A DNA stretch of 63,246 nt from assembly GCA_964654125.1 (NCBI GenBank), contig CAZZGG010000003.1, positions 1 through 63,246 of the forward strand, in the 5' to 3' direction. Source of the stretch: an uncultured Oscillospiraceae bacterium. GTDB taxonomy: Bacteria > Bacillota > Clostridia > Saccharofermentanales > UBA5734. Both the position numbers and the translations under genes were made by a program. This document shows positions 51,460-62,065 of the stretch, piece after piece; within the stretch, counting starts at the first letter, position 1; the number at the start of each line of letters is the position of its first letter. Below the pieces are notes generated by a model that saw only the letters and a program-made list of their open reading frames with translations, did not search any database and was not told where the DNA came from.

Positions 51460-53118
51460 TTAAAACAAACCGCTGATTCTACCATCGCTTGTGATATCAA
51501 TAGCTTCAGCTGCCGGCCGGCGGGGCAGTCCGGGCATGGTCATGATATCTCCGGTCAAGGCTACCACAAAGCCCGCCCCTGCGCTGAGCCGCACCTCGCG
51601 GACTGTCAGGGTGAAGCCTTCTGGCCGGCCCAGTCTGGTTGGATCATCGGAGAGGGAATACTGGGTCTTGGCCATGCAGACAGGCAGTGAGCCATAACCC
51701 AGGCTTTCAAAGCGGGCCAGCTCACGGGCAGCAGGAGGCAGGAGAGTCACTTCCGCAGCCCCGTAGATCTTTTGCGCAATCGTCTTGATCTTTTCCAGCA
51801 AAGTGCTGTCATCGGGGTAGAGCAGATTGAAAGTTGTGTCTGCAGCTTCGGCAGCAGCTACAACCGCCCGGGCCAGGTCCAGGCCACCGGCACCCCCCAG
51901 GGCGAAAACATCGGTCAGGGCCAGGGCGGTATCTTTTTGCCGGCAGCGTTCGGTGACTAGTTTTATTTCAGCAGCGCTGTCAGTGGCGAAACGGTTTAAA
52001 GCCACTACACATGGCACACCGTAGAGCTGGAGGTTTTCCAGGTGCTTATCCAGATTGACCAGACCTCTGGCCAAAGCGGTCAGATCTTCTTCCGTCAGTT
52101 TGTCCCGGCTTAACCCCCCGTTGTATTTCAAAGCCCTGATGGTTGCAACCAGCACCACTGCTGCCGGTTGCAGACCGCTGGCCCGGCACTTGATATCGAA
52201 AAACTTCTCAGCTCCCAGATCAGCCCCAAAGCCGGCTTCAGTAACCAGGTAATCACCCAGAGCCAGTCCGGTCCGGCTGGCCCGGACTGAGCTGCAGCCG
52301 TGAGCTATGTTGGCAAAAGGGCCACCGTGGATCAAAGCTGGTGTTCCCTCCAGGGTTTGTACCAAATTAGGTTTGATTGCTTCTTTAAGCAAGGCGGCCA
52401 GGGCACCGGCTACACCCAGCTGCTTGACAAGAACAGGCTCGCCTTGCCAGTTTGAACCGATGATGATTCTTTCGAGCCTGCCCTTGAGATCCGGCAGATC
52501 ATCTGCCAGGCACAGGATGGCCATGATTTCTGAAGCTACAGTGATATTAAAACTTTCCTGACGCGGGCTGCCGTTTACCTTACCGCCTAAGCCGATCACT
52601 GTCTGCCTCAGCTGACGGTCATTAATGTCCAGGCAGCGCTGCCAGCTGATGGTGCGCGCATCAATACCTAAAGTGTTGCCCTGTTGGATATGGTTGTCTA
52701 TAACAGCGGCAAGCAGGTTGTTGGCCGCAGCTACAGCATGCAGATCACCAGTAAAATGCAGGTTGATTTCTTCCATGGGTAACACTTGCGCATAACCACC
52801 ACCTGCCGCGCCACCTTTTATACCAAAAACCGGACCCAGGGAAGGTTCACGCAAGGCAATTAGCGCCTTGTGGCCTAATTGGCAAAGAGCTTGGCCTAGC
52901 CCAACAGTAACAGTTGTTTTGCCTTCACCAGCTGGGGTGGGGTTTATTGCGGTCACCAAAATCAGCTTGCCCTTGGCCTGCTGGCTGCCGGAGATGTTCA
53001 ACTTGGCTTTATAACGGCCATACTGTTCCCAGTCATTTTCAGCCAGATCCAGTTCTGCGGCAATCTCAGCTATAGGTCGCATCTTTGCATTCGTGGCAAT
53101 TTCAATATCAGATAACAT
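51460..53118 (-). CDS. fhs: formate--tetrahydrofolate ligase
   Basis: MLSDIEIA start behind GGAGGG. P-loop [10 protein letters not shown]. Full-length family pattern. Confidence 0.9.
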   Translation of the reverse strand: MLSDIEIATNAKMRPIAEIAAELDLAENDWEQYGRYKAKLNISGSQQAKGKLILVTAINPTPAGEGKTTVTVGLGQALCQLGHKALIALREPSLGPVFGIKGGAAGGGYAQVLPMEEINLHFTGDLHAVAAANNLLAAVIDNHIQQGNTLGIDARTISWQRCLDINDRQLRQTVIGLGGKVNGSPRQESFNITVASEIMAILCLADDLPDLKGRLERIIIGSNWQGEPVLVKQLGVAGALAALLKEAIKPNLVQTLEGTPALIHGGPFANIAHGCSSVRASRTGLALGDYLVTEAGFGADLGAEKFFDIKCRASGLQPAAVVLVATIRALKYNGGLSRDKLTEEDLTALARGLVNLDKHLENLQLYGVPCVVALNRFATDSAAEIKLVTERCRQKDTALALTDVFALGGAGGLDLARAVVAAAEAADTTFNLLYPDDSTLLEKIKTIAQKIYGAAEVTLLPPAARELARFESLGYGSLPVCMAKTQYSLSDDPTRLGRPEGFTLTVREVRLSAGAGFVVALTGDIMTMPGLPRRPAAEAIDITSDGRISGLF

Positions 53119-53255
53119 AGGGTACCCTCCCAGTTTGATTTCGCAAGACATGACTTATTTTAGTACAAGCTGATCAAGTTTGTCTATTAGTCAATCTAAA
53201 GCTCTATATTTGGGATGATATGCCCGCTTAAACCACAACCTGTTGTGGCTTTAGT

Positions 53256-53284
53256 TTGACTTTAGCTTGTGAAAGCGGTATAAT
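53256..53284 (+). promoter_or_regulatory. SigA-type promoter of veg
   Basis: TTGACT (53256-53261), 17 nt, then TATAAT (53279-53284). Confidence 0.7.
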
Positions 53285-53341
53285 AGTGCCTACGGGGGAA
53301 TTATAAGCAGCAGGGGGAATAATTTAGGCGGAGGTGGCCAA

Positions 53342-53617
53342 ATGATCGTAAAGGCTGATCTTGATATTTGTCGAAGAGGCATGCAGTCTTTTATAGGCAA
53401 AAGAATTAAACTGAGATCAAATGGTGGCAGAAAACGAACTATTATCCATGAAGGAATCTTAGATTGTTGTTATCCGAATGTGTTTACAGTTCGCTGTGCC
53501 AGAAAAAATGCCTCGTATCAGGAAACAGTTTCATTTAGCTATATTGATGTTCTGACCCGCGTTGTTGAAATTGCTATAGAACCTGACAGCGAAAGCTGTG
53601 GTGAAATGGCCCATTAG
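53342..53617 (+). CDS. veg: Veg (biofilm-formation stimulator) family protein
   Basis: GKRIKLRSNGGRKRTI..G.L...YPNVF and SFSYIDVLT parallel B. subtilis Veg. Confidence 0.8.
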   Translation: MIVKADLDICRRGMQSFIGKRIKLRSNGGRKRTIIHEGILDCCYPNVFTVRCARKNASYQETVSFSYIDVLTRVVEIAIEPDSESCGEMAH

Positions 53618-53677
53618 TTTGTCTGACTGGCCAGCAGATGCCAGTTTGACCAGAAAATAGAACAGGGAAGGTGTTGT

Positions 53678-54598
53678 GTGTCTCACTTGCTTGTGACGGC
53701 GCCAGCCAAGATTAATTTATCGCTTGATATAGTTAATAGGCGAGCAGATGGTTATCATTTGCTCGCCACTGTTATGCAAAGCCTTGATCTGGCGGACCTT
53801 TTGCGCATAGATGTCAAGCTAGGCCCGGCTGCTGCCCATACTATAGAAATATCTTCAAATCTGGCCCAGTTGCCGCTTGATAATACTAATACAGCCTGGC
53901 GGGCAGCCCGGATTTTTCTGGATGGTGCAAAGATCCAGCCAGGACTTCAGCTGAAAATCCACATCGAAAAGAAAATACCACTGGCAGCCGGCCTGGCTGG
54001 AGGAAGTTCTAATGCAGCGGCAGTTTTATTTGCTCTGAACCAGATTTTCCCCAATCATTACACAGATGCTGAGCTCTTTTTGCTAGCAGCCCAGGTGGGG
54101 GCTGATGTGCCCTTTTGCCTGAAGGGCGGAACAGTTCTGTGTGAGGGGATCGGCGAGATTTTGACAAAACTACCTGATTGGAATGATCTGGCGATTTTGT
54201 TGGCTTTGCCGGATCAAGCCCTGCTCACAAAGGATGTTTTCACAGTTTTTAATCTGGCGGAAAAAACAGCTGCACCCGCAACTGCTGCTCTTGTTGCAGC
54301 TGTGGAGGCGCAAGATCTGGCTGGTCTGGCCCGATCCGCTGGCAATGTCTTGGAAAAGGTCTCTTTTTCTTTGCTGCCTGAACTGGCAGAATTGAAAGAT
54401 CAGTTGCTGCAGACAGGAGCAATAATGGCACAAATGACTGGCAGTGGTCCTAGTCTGTTTGCTGTTTATGCCAACAGAGCAGTCTGTCTGGCGGCAGAAG
54501 AAAGCTTGCGTCTCAAGCTGCCCGGACTTAAGTTGGTCGTTTGTCGCAGCCTGGCTGGTGGTCCACAGATACTGGAGCAGGAGGAAGCTGATGCCTGA
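53678..54598 (+). CDS. ispE: 4-(cytidine 5'-diphospho)-2-C-methyl-D-erythritol kinase
   Basis: APAKINLSLDI..RR.DGYH, the GHMP motif PLAAGLAGGSSNAAA, and GSGPS. GTG start. Confidence 0.9.
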   Translation: MSHLLVTAPAKINLSLDIVNRRADGYHLLATVMQSLDLADLLRIDVKLGPAAAHTIEISSNLAQLPLDNTNTAWRAARIFLDGAKIQPGLQLKIHIEKKIPLAAGLAGGSSNAAAVLFALNQIFPNHYTDAELFLLAAQVGADVPFCLKGGTVLCEGIGEILTKLPDWNDLAILLALPDQALLTKDVFTVFNLAEKTAAPATAALVAAVEAQDLAGLARSAGNVLEKVSFSLLPELAELKDQLLQTGAIMAQMTGSGPSLFAVYANRAVCLAAEESLRLKLPGLKLVVCRSLAGGPQILEQEEADA

Positions 54599-55961
54599 AT
54601 TGAAAAAAAGATCTGGAAAACGGTTTTCTCATCGCCTGGGCCTGCCCCTGGCCCTGCTGGCCCTGGTAATTGTCCTGCTGGCTGTCCAGGCTCTGGCTGA
54701 TCGGCCCAAACCGGTTCCTGAGCCGGAGGAAACAAGCCCGAAGACCCAAGCTGCGCCTAACACAAAAACAAGCCAGCCGACTCCACTACCAACTGTGCCA
54801 CCGACTGCCACACCTCAGCCTACAGCCACACCAACACCGACACCCATGCCTGATCTGAGCCTGATGGCTGTGGGTGATGTCATTTTGCACCAGTCAGTGA
54901 TTGATGGAGGACTGCAAAAAAACGAAGCATCTAGCAGTTATGATTATCGGCCTGCCTTTGCCTACATCAAGCCGATTATCCAAACAGCTGATCTGGCCCT
55001 GGCCAACTATGAAGGAACCTTAAATGGGCCGCCCTATACTGGGTATCCGATGTTTTGCGCTCCTGATGAAATAGCCGATGCTCTTTATGATACCGGTTTC
55101 CGGGTTGCCTGGACGACTAACAATCACACTTTGGATCGTGGCCTGGCCGGAGTGATCAGGACAGCAGCTGTTTTTGCCGATAAGGGCTTTACTGTGATTG
55201 GGACAAGGCCAGATGAGACAGGCAGGAAAGATGCAGTCTTGGAAGTATCCGGCTATAAGATCGGTCTTTTAGCCTTCACCTATGAAACAACAGCAGCAGC
55301 CAAGCAAAAAACTTTAAATGGCATACCAATGCCTGCAGCTGCTGAGCCTTTGATCGATTCTTTCAATCCTTATAATCAGGCGGTTTTTGTAGCAGATATT
55401 GAGAATATTCTGCAAAGAGCCCAGGCTTTGCGGGCAGAGGGAGCTGAGCTTATCTGTCTGTCCCTGCATTGGGGTAATGAGTACCAGACCAAAAGCAGTT
55501 CCTATCAGCGCCAGATGGCCCAGCAGCTAGCTGATGGCGGCATAGAGCTGATTATCGGCCACCATCCGCATGTTCTTCAGGAGATAGATGTCCTGACTGC
55601 GGCAGATGGCAAGAGCAGAACCCTTGTGTTTTATTCCCTGGGCAATGTCCTGCACAATATGGACTTTAATACGCATGGCACAAAAGGTTATGCCACAGAT
55701 GCCATGATAGCCAAAATCAAATTGAGCCAGCAGGCGGGCAAGGTGGTCGTGACAGGAGCAGAATATATACCCACTTATGTCACCCGTGTGCCCCGGGGCA
55801 AAGGTTACCAACACCTGATTGTCCCAGTGATTCCAGCACTGCAAGATCCTACCGCCTTCCAGTCTGATCAAAAAGAGCTGGCTGCAAGCCTGGCAAGGAC
55901 CCGGAAAGTCCTGGCTGATTCGGCAGGTACAAAAGAAATTCCGGTGCAAGAGAGTCCTTGA
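54591..55961 (+). CDS. CapA/PGA_cap-family metallophosphoesterase-like protein, membrane anchored
   Basis: ATG 54591 overlaps the ispE stop (ATGCCTGA). One TM segment, a Pro/Thr-rich linker, then MAVGDVILH, NNH and GHHPHV motifs. Confidence 0.7.
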   Translation: MPELKKRSGKRFSHRLGLPLALLALVIVLLAVQALADRPKPVPEPEETSPKTQAAPNTKTSQPTPLPTVPPTATPQPTATPTPTPMPDLSLMAVGDVILHQSVIDGGLQKNEASSSYDYRPAFAYIKPIIQTADLALANYEGTLNGPPYTGYPMFCAPDEIADALYDTGFRVAWTTNNHTLDRGLAGVIRTAAVFADKGFTVIGTRPDETGRKDAVLEVSGYKIGLLAFTYETTAAAKQKTLNGIPMPAAAEPLIDSFNPYNQAVFVADIENILQRAQALRAEGAELICLSLHWGNEYQTKSSSYQRQMAQQLADGGIELIIGHHPHVLQEIDVLTAADGKSRTLVFYSLGNVLHNMDFNTHGTKGYATDAMIAKIKLSQQAGKVVVTGAEYIPTYVTRVPRGKGYQHLIVPVIPALQDPTAFQSDQKELAASLARTRKVLADSAGTKEIPVQESP

Positions 55962-56018
55962 ACGCGCAAGGCCAGCAGAAAAACAGGCAGGGATAGGCAG
56001 AACAGGATTTTGCAGCTG

Positions 56019-56048
56019 TTGACATGGGACGGGGATGGCTTGTATAAT
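56019..56048 (+). promoter_or_regulatory. SigA-type promoter of rpmH
   Basis: TTGACA (56019-56024), 18 nt, then TATAAT (56043-56048). Confidence 0.7.
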
Positions 56049-56088
56049 CTTAACGCTATTGTTTTGATCAATTTGGAGGAATATATAC

Positions 56089-56223
56089 ATGAAAATGACA
56101 TATCAGCCGAAGAAACGGCAAAGAAAAAGAGAACATGGTTTTAGAAAAAGGATGCTGACAGCATCAGGTCGTAATGTACTGAGACGGCGCAGGCTGAAAG
56201 GCCGCAAAAAGCTGAGTGCCTGA
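56089..56223 (+). CDS. rpmH: 50S ribosomal protein L34 (absent from the ORF track because it is under 60 aa)
   Basis: My own translation is [53 protein letters not shown] 8 nt upstream. Confidence 0.95.
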   Translation: MKMTYQPKKRQRKREHGFRKRMLTASGRNVLRRRRLKGRKKLSA

Positions 56224-56252
56224 AGACCGCAGGACCTGTGGTCTTCTTTTTT
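56222..56252 (+). terminator. terminator-like hairpin plus T6 between rpmH and rnpA (probable attenuator)
   Basis: GAAGACC(G)CAGG / CCTG(T)GGTCTTC stem followed by TTTTTT. It ends 5 nt before the rnpA ATG. Confidence 0.55.
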
Positions 56253-56257
56253 CCGCA

Positions 56258-56635
56258 ATGAAGAAAACGCTGCCACTGCGCCTCAATTATGAGTTTTTGC
56301 GGGTTTACCGCAAAGGCCGCCATCTGAGCAGCCAGCATGTTGTCCTGCACTATTTAAAGCGTTATGGAAACAAAAACAGGCTGGGCATAACTACCAGCCG
56401 CAAGGTGGCAGGCAGTGTGCAAAGGAACAGGATCAAACGATTATTGCGCGAAAGCTATCGCCAACTTGCACCTGATCTGCGAACCGGTTTTGACCTGATT
56501 CTGGTTGGGAAGCCAGCAGAAAAATGGCCTGACCTCAAGACCATCGGTCCGGAAGTGACCAGCTTGGTAAAAAGGGCGGGTCTTTTACTACCTGTTCAAG
56601 CAGACCCTGACCAAAAACCATGTCAAGACTGCTGA
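56258..56635 (+). CDS. rnpA: ribonuclease P protein component
   Basis: The sequence LRLNYEFLRVYRKG...GITTSRKVAGSVQRNRIKRLLRE contains the RNR motif. ATG 56258 preferred over the track start. Confidence 0.9.
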   Translation: MKKTLPLRLNYEFLRVYRKGRHLSSQHVVLHYLKRYGNKNRLGITTSRKVAGSVQRNRIKRLLRESYRQLAPDLRTGFDLILVGKPAEKWPDLKTIGPEVTSLVKRAGLLLPVQADPDQKPCQDC

Positions 56636-56829
56636 TCAGCCTGATTTACTGGTACCAGCGACGGCTTTCACCACTATTTGGTGCCAGTTGCAAATACCAG
56701 CCGACTTGCTCAAATTATGCCATTCTTGCCATCAGGCGGCATGGTGCTTTTAAGGGCAGTCTGCTGGCCTTTTGGCGTATCATCCGCTGCAACCCTTTCA
56801 GCAAGGGCGGCTACGACCCTGTGCCCTGA
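56620..56829 (+). CDS. yidD: membrane protein insertion efficiency factor YidD
   Basis: YQ..LSP......C.Y.PTCS.YA, RC.P and GG.DPVP are family signatures. Confidence 0.9.
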   Translation: MSRLLISLIYWYQRRLSPLFGASCKYQPTCSNYAILAIRRHGAFKGSLLAFWRIIRCNPFSKGGYDPVP

Positions 56830-56860
56830 TCAGGTACAGCAAGACAAGGAGTTAGAAAAC

Positions 56861-57913
56861 ATGGGTTCACTTTTCACCCCTATTGCCCTTTTCAGCCCGC
56901 TCAGCCCGCTTTATACAGCTTTTGGCTGGTTCATGCATCTACTTTATGACATAACTGGAAATTTTGGTGTTGTCATAATTTTGTTCACGGTGTTTTTGCG
57001 TGGCCTGATGATCCCCCTGGGTATAAATCAGCAAAAAAGCACTCTCAAACAAAAAGCCCTGCAGGGGGAGATCGCCCAGATCCAGCGTCTTTACCCCAAT
57101 GACAAGCAAAAGCAAAGCCAGATGCAAATGGAGCTTTACAAAAAGCATGGTGCTTCACCTTTATCCGGCTGTCTACCATCTATCTTACAGCTTTTCATTA
57201 TCTGGCCGATTTTCCGGATTATCCAGGCACCTCTGGTCCATCTGATGGGAATCAGCGGTGACAAAATAGAAGAAATGGCTAATTATCTTTTTAGCCTGAA
57301 GGATAGTGGCGGCGAGACCTTGATCACAGAAATTGTCAAAAACAGGGCTGTGATGGATAACACTTCTCTCTTACAGGTCTTGGGCAACAACTCATCAGCC
57401 CTGGCCGGTGTGGTCAACCGTGGTTTTCTCAGGATGGACCAGCTGATTAATCTGAACTTTCTTGGTCTGGATCTGAGCCTTAAACCCAGTTACAATCCCA
57501 GCATTGTCTTTGGAGCTGACACCTGGCGCTCTTACCTGCCCATGCTGCTGATTCCCCTGATAGTGCTGCTGACGACCCTGGTCCAGATGCGGGTCACGCG
57601 CCTGATCACACCTAACCGGGAAAAGGCGGCAGAGGACAAGGAAAGAGAAAAAATCAATCCTGCCCGGGCAGGCCAAGCACCAGAAGACAAGGGCGATTCG
57701 ATGATGAAGACGATGAACATGATAATGCCGGTCTTTATGCTTATCACAACATTTTCCATGCCTGCTTCCATGGGACTTTATTGGATAATCGGTAACATCA
57801 TGATGATTGCTCAATCAGTCTATATTTACTATTTTTTCACCAAGCCGATCGAAAAGGCCCAGCGAGAGCAGGAAGCTGAAGTGAAAGCTAAGGCCAAACC
57901 GGCCCGGGCCTGA
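56861..57913 (+). CDS. yidC: membrane protein insertase YidC
   Basis: ATG 56861 lies behind AAGGAG. Five-TM core with NFGVVIILFTV.LR and GCLP.L.Q.PI motifs and a basic C-tail. Confidence 0.85.
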   Translation: MGSLFTPIALFSPLSPLYTAFGWFMHLLYDITGNFGVVIILFTVFLRGLMIPLGINQQKSTLKQKALQGEIAQIQRLYPNDKQKQSQMQMELYKKHGASPLSGCLPSILQLFIIWPIFRIIQAPLVHLMGISGDKIEEMANYLFSLKDSGGETLITEIVKNRAVMDNTSLLQVLGNNSSALAGVVNRGFLRMDQLINLNFLGLDLSLKPSYNPSIVFGADTWRSYLPMLLIPLIVLLTTLVQMRVTRLITPNREKAAEDKEREKINPARAGQAPEDKGDSMMKTMNMIMPVFMLITTFSMPASMGLYWIIGNIMMIAQSVYIYYFFTKPIEKAQREQEAEVKAKAKPARA

Positions 57914-57941
57914 ACCGGCCGTTTGCCAGGGAGGTAACATA

Positions 57942-58673
57942 ATGCCTGTATCCATTGAAAAATCTGCCAAAACAGTCCAGCTGGCAATTGAAGAAGCCCT
58001 GACAGAGCTGCAATTGACAGATGATGACGTTATAGTTGAAGTGCTGGAAGAAGCCGAGAGCGGTCTTTTAGGATTGGGACGCAAAAACGCCAGGGTGCGC
58101 GTCACTGCTGCCCGGGAGGACCTTACCCCCGCTCCTCTAGAAACAGAGCAGGAAATGGAAGCTTTAATCTCTGCAGAGGCAGAGGACGATGCTTATGAAG
58201 TTGAAGCGGATGATAGCTTGACTTCAGAGGAAGCCGAGACCGTTTCATACCTGGCCGCTGTCTTGTCAGGCATCGGTATCCATGGCAAAATCAGCTCTTA
58301 TCGCGAAGATGACACAATTTTTGTTGATGTGAGCGGTCGCGATTGCGGGGCAGCCATTGGAAGACGCGGTGAGACCCTTAATGCCATCCAGTATCTGGCT
58401 TCACTAGTGGCTAATAAGGTCAGTGAAAAAAGGATCCGGGTTGTGCTGGATATTGCCGGTTACAGAAAAAGACGGGAAGACTCCCTGGTCGGCCTGGCTG
58501 AGCGGACGGCTAAAAAGGTGCGCCAGACCGGCCGGCCATTTAATCTTGAACCAATGAATCCGGCCGAAAGAAGGATTGTCCATTCGGCTTTGCAAGGCTT
58601 TGCCGGTATAACAACATACAGTGTGGGTAGTGATGCCCAAAGACATGTGGTAGTTGCACCGAGTGACGAATAA
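57942..58673 (+). CDS. jag: Jag/KhpB RNA-binding protein (Jag_N, KH, R3H)
   Basis: Jag_N start (SAKTVQLAIEEALTEL), a KH domain GRRGETLNAIQYL, and R3H (EPMNPAERRIVHSAL). Confidence 0.85.
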   Translation: MPVSIEKSAKTVQLAIEEALTELQLTDDDVIVEVLEEAESGLLGLGRKNARVRVTAAREDLTPAPLETEQEMEALISAEAEDDAYEVEADDSLTSEEAETVSYLAAVLSGIGIHGKISSYREDDTIFVDVSGRDCGAAIGRRGETLNAIQYLASLVANKVSEKRIRVVLDIAGYRKRREDSLVGLAERTAKKVRQTGRPFNLEPMNPAERRIVHSALQGFAGITTYSVGSDAQRHVVVAPSDE

Positions 58674-58679
58674 ATTGGC

Positions 58680-60080
58680 ATGACCAGCTTATTCCCTGAT
58701 ATATGTGTAGCTCTGGCAACACCGCCAGGCCAGAGTGGGATTGCACTGATCCGTCTGTCCGGTCAAGGAGCGGCCCAGCTTGTTGAGCCGCTTTTTCTGC
58801 CGCTTGCTGCACGCTTTGGCTCTGTCAGCAAGATGGCAGGTTACACATGCGCACCGGGCGACTTAATTGATCCGCAAAATGGCAATGTGGTCGACCAAGT
58901 CCTGCTGACACGTTTTTGTGCACCCCATTCCTATACCGGTGAAGATGTGATTGAAATATCCTGCCATGGCGGCAATGCCGTCAAACAGGAGATATTACGC
59001 CTTTTACTGGAGCAGGGGGCAGTGGCGGCCCAGCCGGGCGAGTTCACAAAAAGAGCATTTTTAAACGGTAAGCTGGACCTGATCCAGGCAGAAGCTGTGA
59101 TGGACCTTATTTCTGCTGATGCGGCCCGCAGTGCACAAAATGCGGCTGCTTTACTGAAAGGACAGCTTTCTGACAGGCTGAAAAAGAATGCAGCTGCCCT
59201 TTATCAACTGCTGGCTGCCTTTGAGCTGATCATGGAATTTCCTGAGCATGATGAAACAAGTTCTGTGCAAAAAGGCCTGCAGGAGGAAATAGCTCTGGCC
59301 AGCCAGGAGCTGGCGGGACTGGCAGACAGTTACAGCCAGGGCCGCATTCTCAAAGAAGGCCTGACAGTTGTCCTGGCTGGCCGCCCCAATGCCGGTAAAT
59401 CCTCTTTGCTTAATGCCCTGGCCGGTTTTGACCGGGCGATCGTAACAGCTGTGCCGGGCACAACCCGTGATACAGTCGAGCAGATCGTTGATATCCAGGG
59501 TATTCCGGTTAAATTAATTGATACAGCCGGCCTGCGGGAGAGCGAGGATCCTGTCGAGCAGCTGGGTGTAGCCAGGACCAAAGATGCCCTGGCTGCAGCG
59601 GACTTGATTTTTTGGCTTTTTTCCCCACCTGCCAGTGATATTGAAGAGGACCTGACCTTACTAAGACAAGTCAAGGACAAAACTATCATCCCCCTGCTCA
59701 GCAAGGATGATCTGGACCAGTCCGGCCCTGTGCTGGCCAGGCTGAGCCGGCTCTGGCCCAAAGAAGAGCTGATCAGTTGCTCGGCCTTAACTGGTGAGGG
59801 AATAGAGCAGCTGCGCCAGAAGATTCTTTTCCTTTATGAAAGCTTAAGCAATGGCCAGGATGAAGGATTGCTGGTCAGTAACAGCAGGCAGCGTAACTTA
59901 CTGCTAGAGGCGGTCGGCCGTTTAACAGAAGCAAGCCAGGCTCTGGCCGAAGACTTGCCACTGGATATAGTTGCTCTTTTGCTGCGCAGTTCACTGGACA
60001 GCCTAGCTCAGATTACTGGTGATTCCGTGACTGACAGCTTGATTGAAACGATCTTTAGCCGTTTTTGCGTAGGCAAATAA
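58680..60080 (+). CDS. mnmE: tRNA modification GTPase MnmE
   Basis: G1 motif [13 protein letters not shown], and the C-terminal FCVGK. Confidence 0.9.
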   Translation: MTSLFPDICVALATPPGQSGIALIRLSGQGAAQLVEPLFLPLAARFGSVSKMAGYTCAPGDLIDPQNGNVVDQVLLTRFCAPHSYTGEDVIEISCHGGNAVKQEILRLLLEQGAVAAQPGEFTKRAFLNGKLDLIQAEAVMDLISADAARSAQNAAALLKGQLSDRLKKNAAALYQLLAAFELIMEFPEHDETSSVQKGLQEEIALASQELAGLADSYSQGRILKEGLTVVLAGRPNAGKSSLLNALAGFDRAIVTAVPGTTRDTVEQIVDIQGIPVKLIDTAGLRESEDPVEQLGVARTKDALAAADLIFWLFSPPASDIEEDLTLLRQVKDKTIIPLLSKDDLDQSGPVLARLSRLWPKEELISCSALTGEGIEQLRQKILFLYESLSNGQDEGLLVSNSRQRNLLLEAVGRLTEASQALAEDLPLDIVALLLRSSLDSLAQITGDSVTDSLIETIFSRFCVGK

Positions 60081-60100
60081 TATTTGATGAGGTTGAATTA

Positions 60101-62065
60101 GTGATACAAAACCTGGAACAGGCCCTGGCCCGGGATGGTGCCTGGCTGGCCGGGCATTATGATATAGCAGTGGTTGGTGCCGGCCATGCCGGTTGTGAAG
60201 CTGCGCTGGCATCTGCCCGGCTCGGTCAAAAGACCCTTTTGCTGGCTATGGACCTGGATACTGTTGCCAATATGCCTTGCAACCCTAATATTGGCGGGAC
60301 AGGCAAAGGTCAGCTGGTACGGGAAATAGATGCCCTGGGCGGTGAGATGGGACGCATTGCTGATCAGGCAATGATCCAGTTTCGCATGCTCAACGCCTCC
60401 AAAGGTCCGGCAGTCCTCTCGCCCAGGGCCCAGATTGACCGGCGCCGTTACCAGGAACTGATGAAACAAGTCCTGGAAAAAGAAAAACTCTTAAATTTGC
60501 GTCAGGCTGAAGTCAAATCAATCCTGGTGACAAAAAGCGCGCGTGGTCTGGCTGTCAGTGGTATTTTCCTGAAAACGGCTGCTGTCTACACCGCCAGGGC
60601 TGTCATTATCGCCAGTGGTACATTTTTGGACAGTGAAATAATCGTAGGGCAGACTAAATTTGCCGGAGCATCCGATAACCATTTCGCTGCGCATGGCTTG
60701 TCTGACTGCTTGCGCAGTCTGGGCCTGCCGGTACAACGCTTCAAGACCGGCACTCCGCCACGCCTTAACGCCAACAGCATCGACTACAGTAAACTGGAAA
60801 AACAGGACGGAGACCTGTATATTACACCTTTTTCCCATATGGCTGAACCTTTCCAGGCTCTAGACCAGTTCAAGCAACTGCCTTGCTATTTGACTCATAC
60901 AACTGCAAAAACCAGGCAGCTGGTCCGGGAAAACCTGGATCGCTCCCCCCTTTACAGTGGCCAGATAGCTGGAACGGGCACACGTTATTGCCCTTCTATT
61001 GAGGATAAGTTTGTCAAGTTTCCAGATAAATTAAGCCATCAGGTTTTTATTGAGCCCATGGGCAGTGCCACAGATGAGCTCTATCTGCAGGGCCTGTCTT
61101 CCAGCATGCCGGAAGACATCCAACAGCAGATGGTCCATTCACTGCCTGGTTTGGAAAATGCTCAGATCATGCGCTTTGGCTATGCCATTGAATACGACTG
61201 TCTTGATCCGGTCTGCCTCAGGCCCACCCTGGAGACAAAATTGGTGGCTGGGCTTTATACTGCCGGCCAGATTAATGGCACTTCAGGCTATGAAGAAGCG
61301 GCAGGCCAGGGCTTGGTGGCTGGTATCAACGCTGTGCGCCGTCTGACCGGCCAGACGGATTTTGTTTTGGACCGCTCACAAGCATATATTGGCGTCATGA
61401 TTGATGATCTGGTCAGTAAGGGCAGCAAAGAGCCTTACAGGATGATGACTGCCAGGGCAGAATACCGCCTGCTCCTGAGGCAGGATAATGCTGATGCCCG
61501 TCTCACCCCACTGGGCTTTGAGCTGGGCCTGATCAGCCAGACGCGCTGGCAGGCTTATCAGGCCAAGCAGGCCAGGATTACCGCTGAAATTGAACGCTGG
61601 CGCAAGACGCGGCTTTATCCTGGTGCCAAGTCCGATCAGCTGCTGGGCAGCCTGGGCAGCGCTAGCTTGCGTCAACCACTCAGTTTAGCTGACCTGATCA
61701 GACGGCCTGAGCTTAATTATGCCGTTTTGGCTGAGCTGGACCCACAAAGACCAGTTCTGACGCCGGCTGAACAGTACAGTGTTGAAGTTTTACTGAAATA
61801 TGAAGGTTATATCCGCTTGGAAGAAGAGAGGATCAAGAAGTTCCACAAGCTGGAACAAAAACAGCTGCCAGAAGACCTGGACTATCTTAAGATAAAAGGG
61901 CTGCGCCTGGAAGCGCGCCAGCAACTGGACCGGTTAAAGCCGCAATCTTTGGGCCAGGCCAGCCGCCTGGCCGGTGTCACACCGGCCGACCTTTCTGTTT
62001 TGCTGGTTTATCTCCAGTTGAGAGATGGCCAGGCAAAAGCAGCAGGAGGAGCGGATGATGCCTGA
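60101..62065 (+). CDS. mnmG: tRNA uridine 5-carboxymethylaminomethyl modification enzyme MnmG
   Basis: [19 protein letters not shown] motif and the full family pattern. GTG 60101 lies 8 nt after GAGG and is preferred over the track's TTG 60065. Confidence 0.9.
   Translation: MIQNLEQALARDGAWLAGHYDIAVVGAGHAGCEAALASARLGQKTLLLAMDLDTVANMPCNPNIGGTGKGQLVREIDALGGEMGRIADQAMIQFRMLNASKGPAVLSPRAQIDRRRYQELMKQVLEKEKLLNLRQAEVKSILVTKSARGLAVSGIFLKTAAVYTARAVIIASGTFLDSEIIVGQTKFAGASDNHFAAHGLSDCLRSLGLPVQRFKTGTPPRLNANSIDYSKLEKQDGDLYITPFSHMAEPFQALDQFKQLPCYLTHTTAKTRQLVRENLDRSPLYSGQIAGTGTRYCPSIEDKFVKFPDKLSHQVFIEPMGSATDELYLQGLSSSMPEDIQQQMVHSLPGLENAQIMRFGYAIEYDCLDPVCLRPTLETKLVAGLYTAGQINGTSGYEEAAGQGLVAGINAVRRLTGQTDFVLDRSQAYIGVMIDDLVSKGSKEPYRMMTARAEYRLLLRQDNADARLTPLGFELGLISQTRWQAYQAKQARITAEIERWRKTRLYPGAKSDQLLGSLGSASLRQPLSLADLIRRPELNYAVLAELDPQRPVLTPAEQYSVEVLLKYEGYIRLEEERIKKFHKLEQKQLPEDLDYLKIKGLRLEARQQLDRLKPQSLGQASRLAGVTPADLSVLLVYLQLRDGQAKAAGGADDA

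Noticed and set aside
53233-53250. The hairpin CCACAAC-ctg-TTGTGG upstream of veg as a terminator or riboswitch element.
   Set aside because: It lies between divergent promoters with no upstream gene to terminate. The stem is short and no conserved riboswitch motif is recognisable.
54700-54850. The repetitive Pro/Thr-coding stretch in capA-like, and the similar Pro-rich stretch in dnaX at 48690-48810, as tandem repeats or a CRISPR-like array.
   Set aside because: These are in-frame low-complexity linkers inside intact ORFs. They show no repeat-spacer periodicity.
55962-56088. Possible oriC or DnaA-box cluster upstream of rpmH.
   Set aside because: I found no TTATCCACA-like 9-mer on either strand, no AT-rich unwinding element and no dnaA gene. 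Only an ordinary promoter is present.
56678-56860. The ORF-track extension of yidC overlapping yidD in another frame.
   Set aside because: yidD (56620-56829) matches its family end to end. ATG 56861 has an RBS, and a YidC-like hydrophobic N-terminus follows it.
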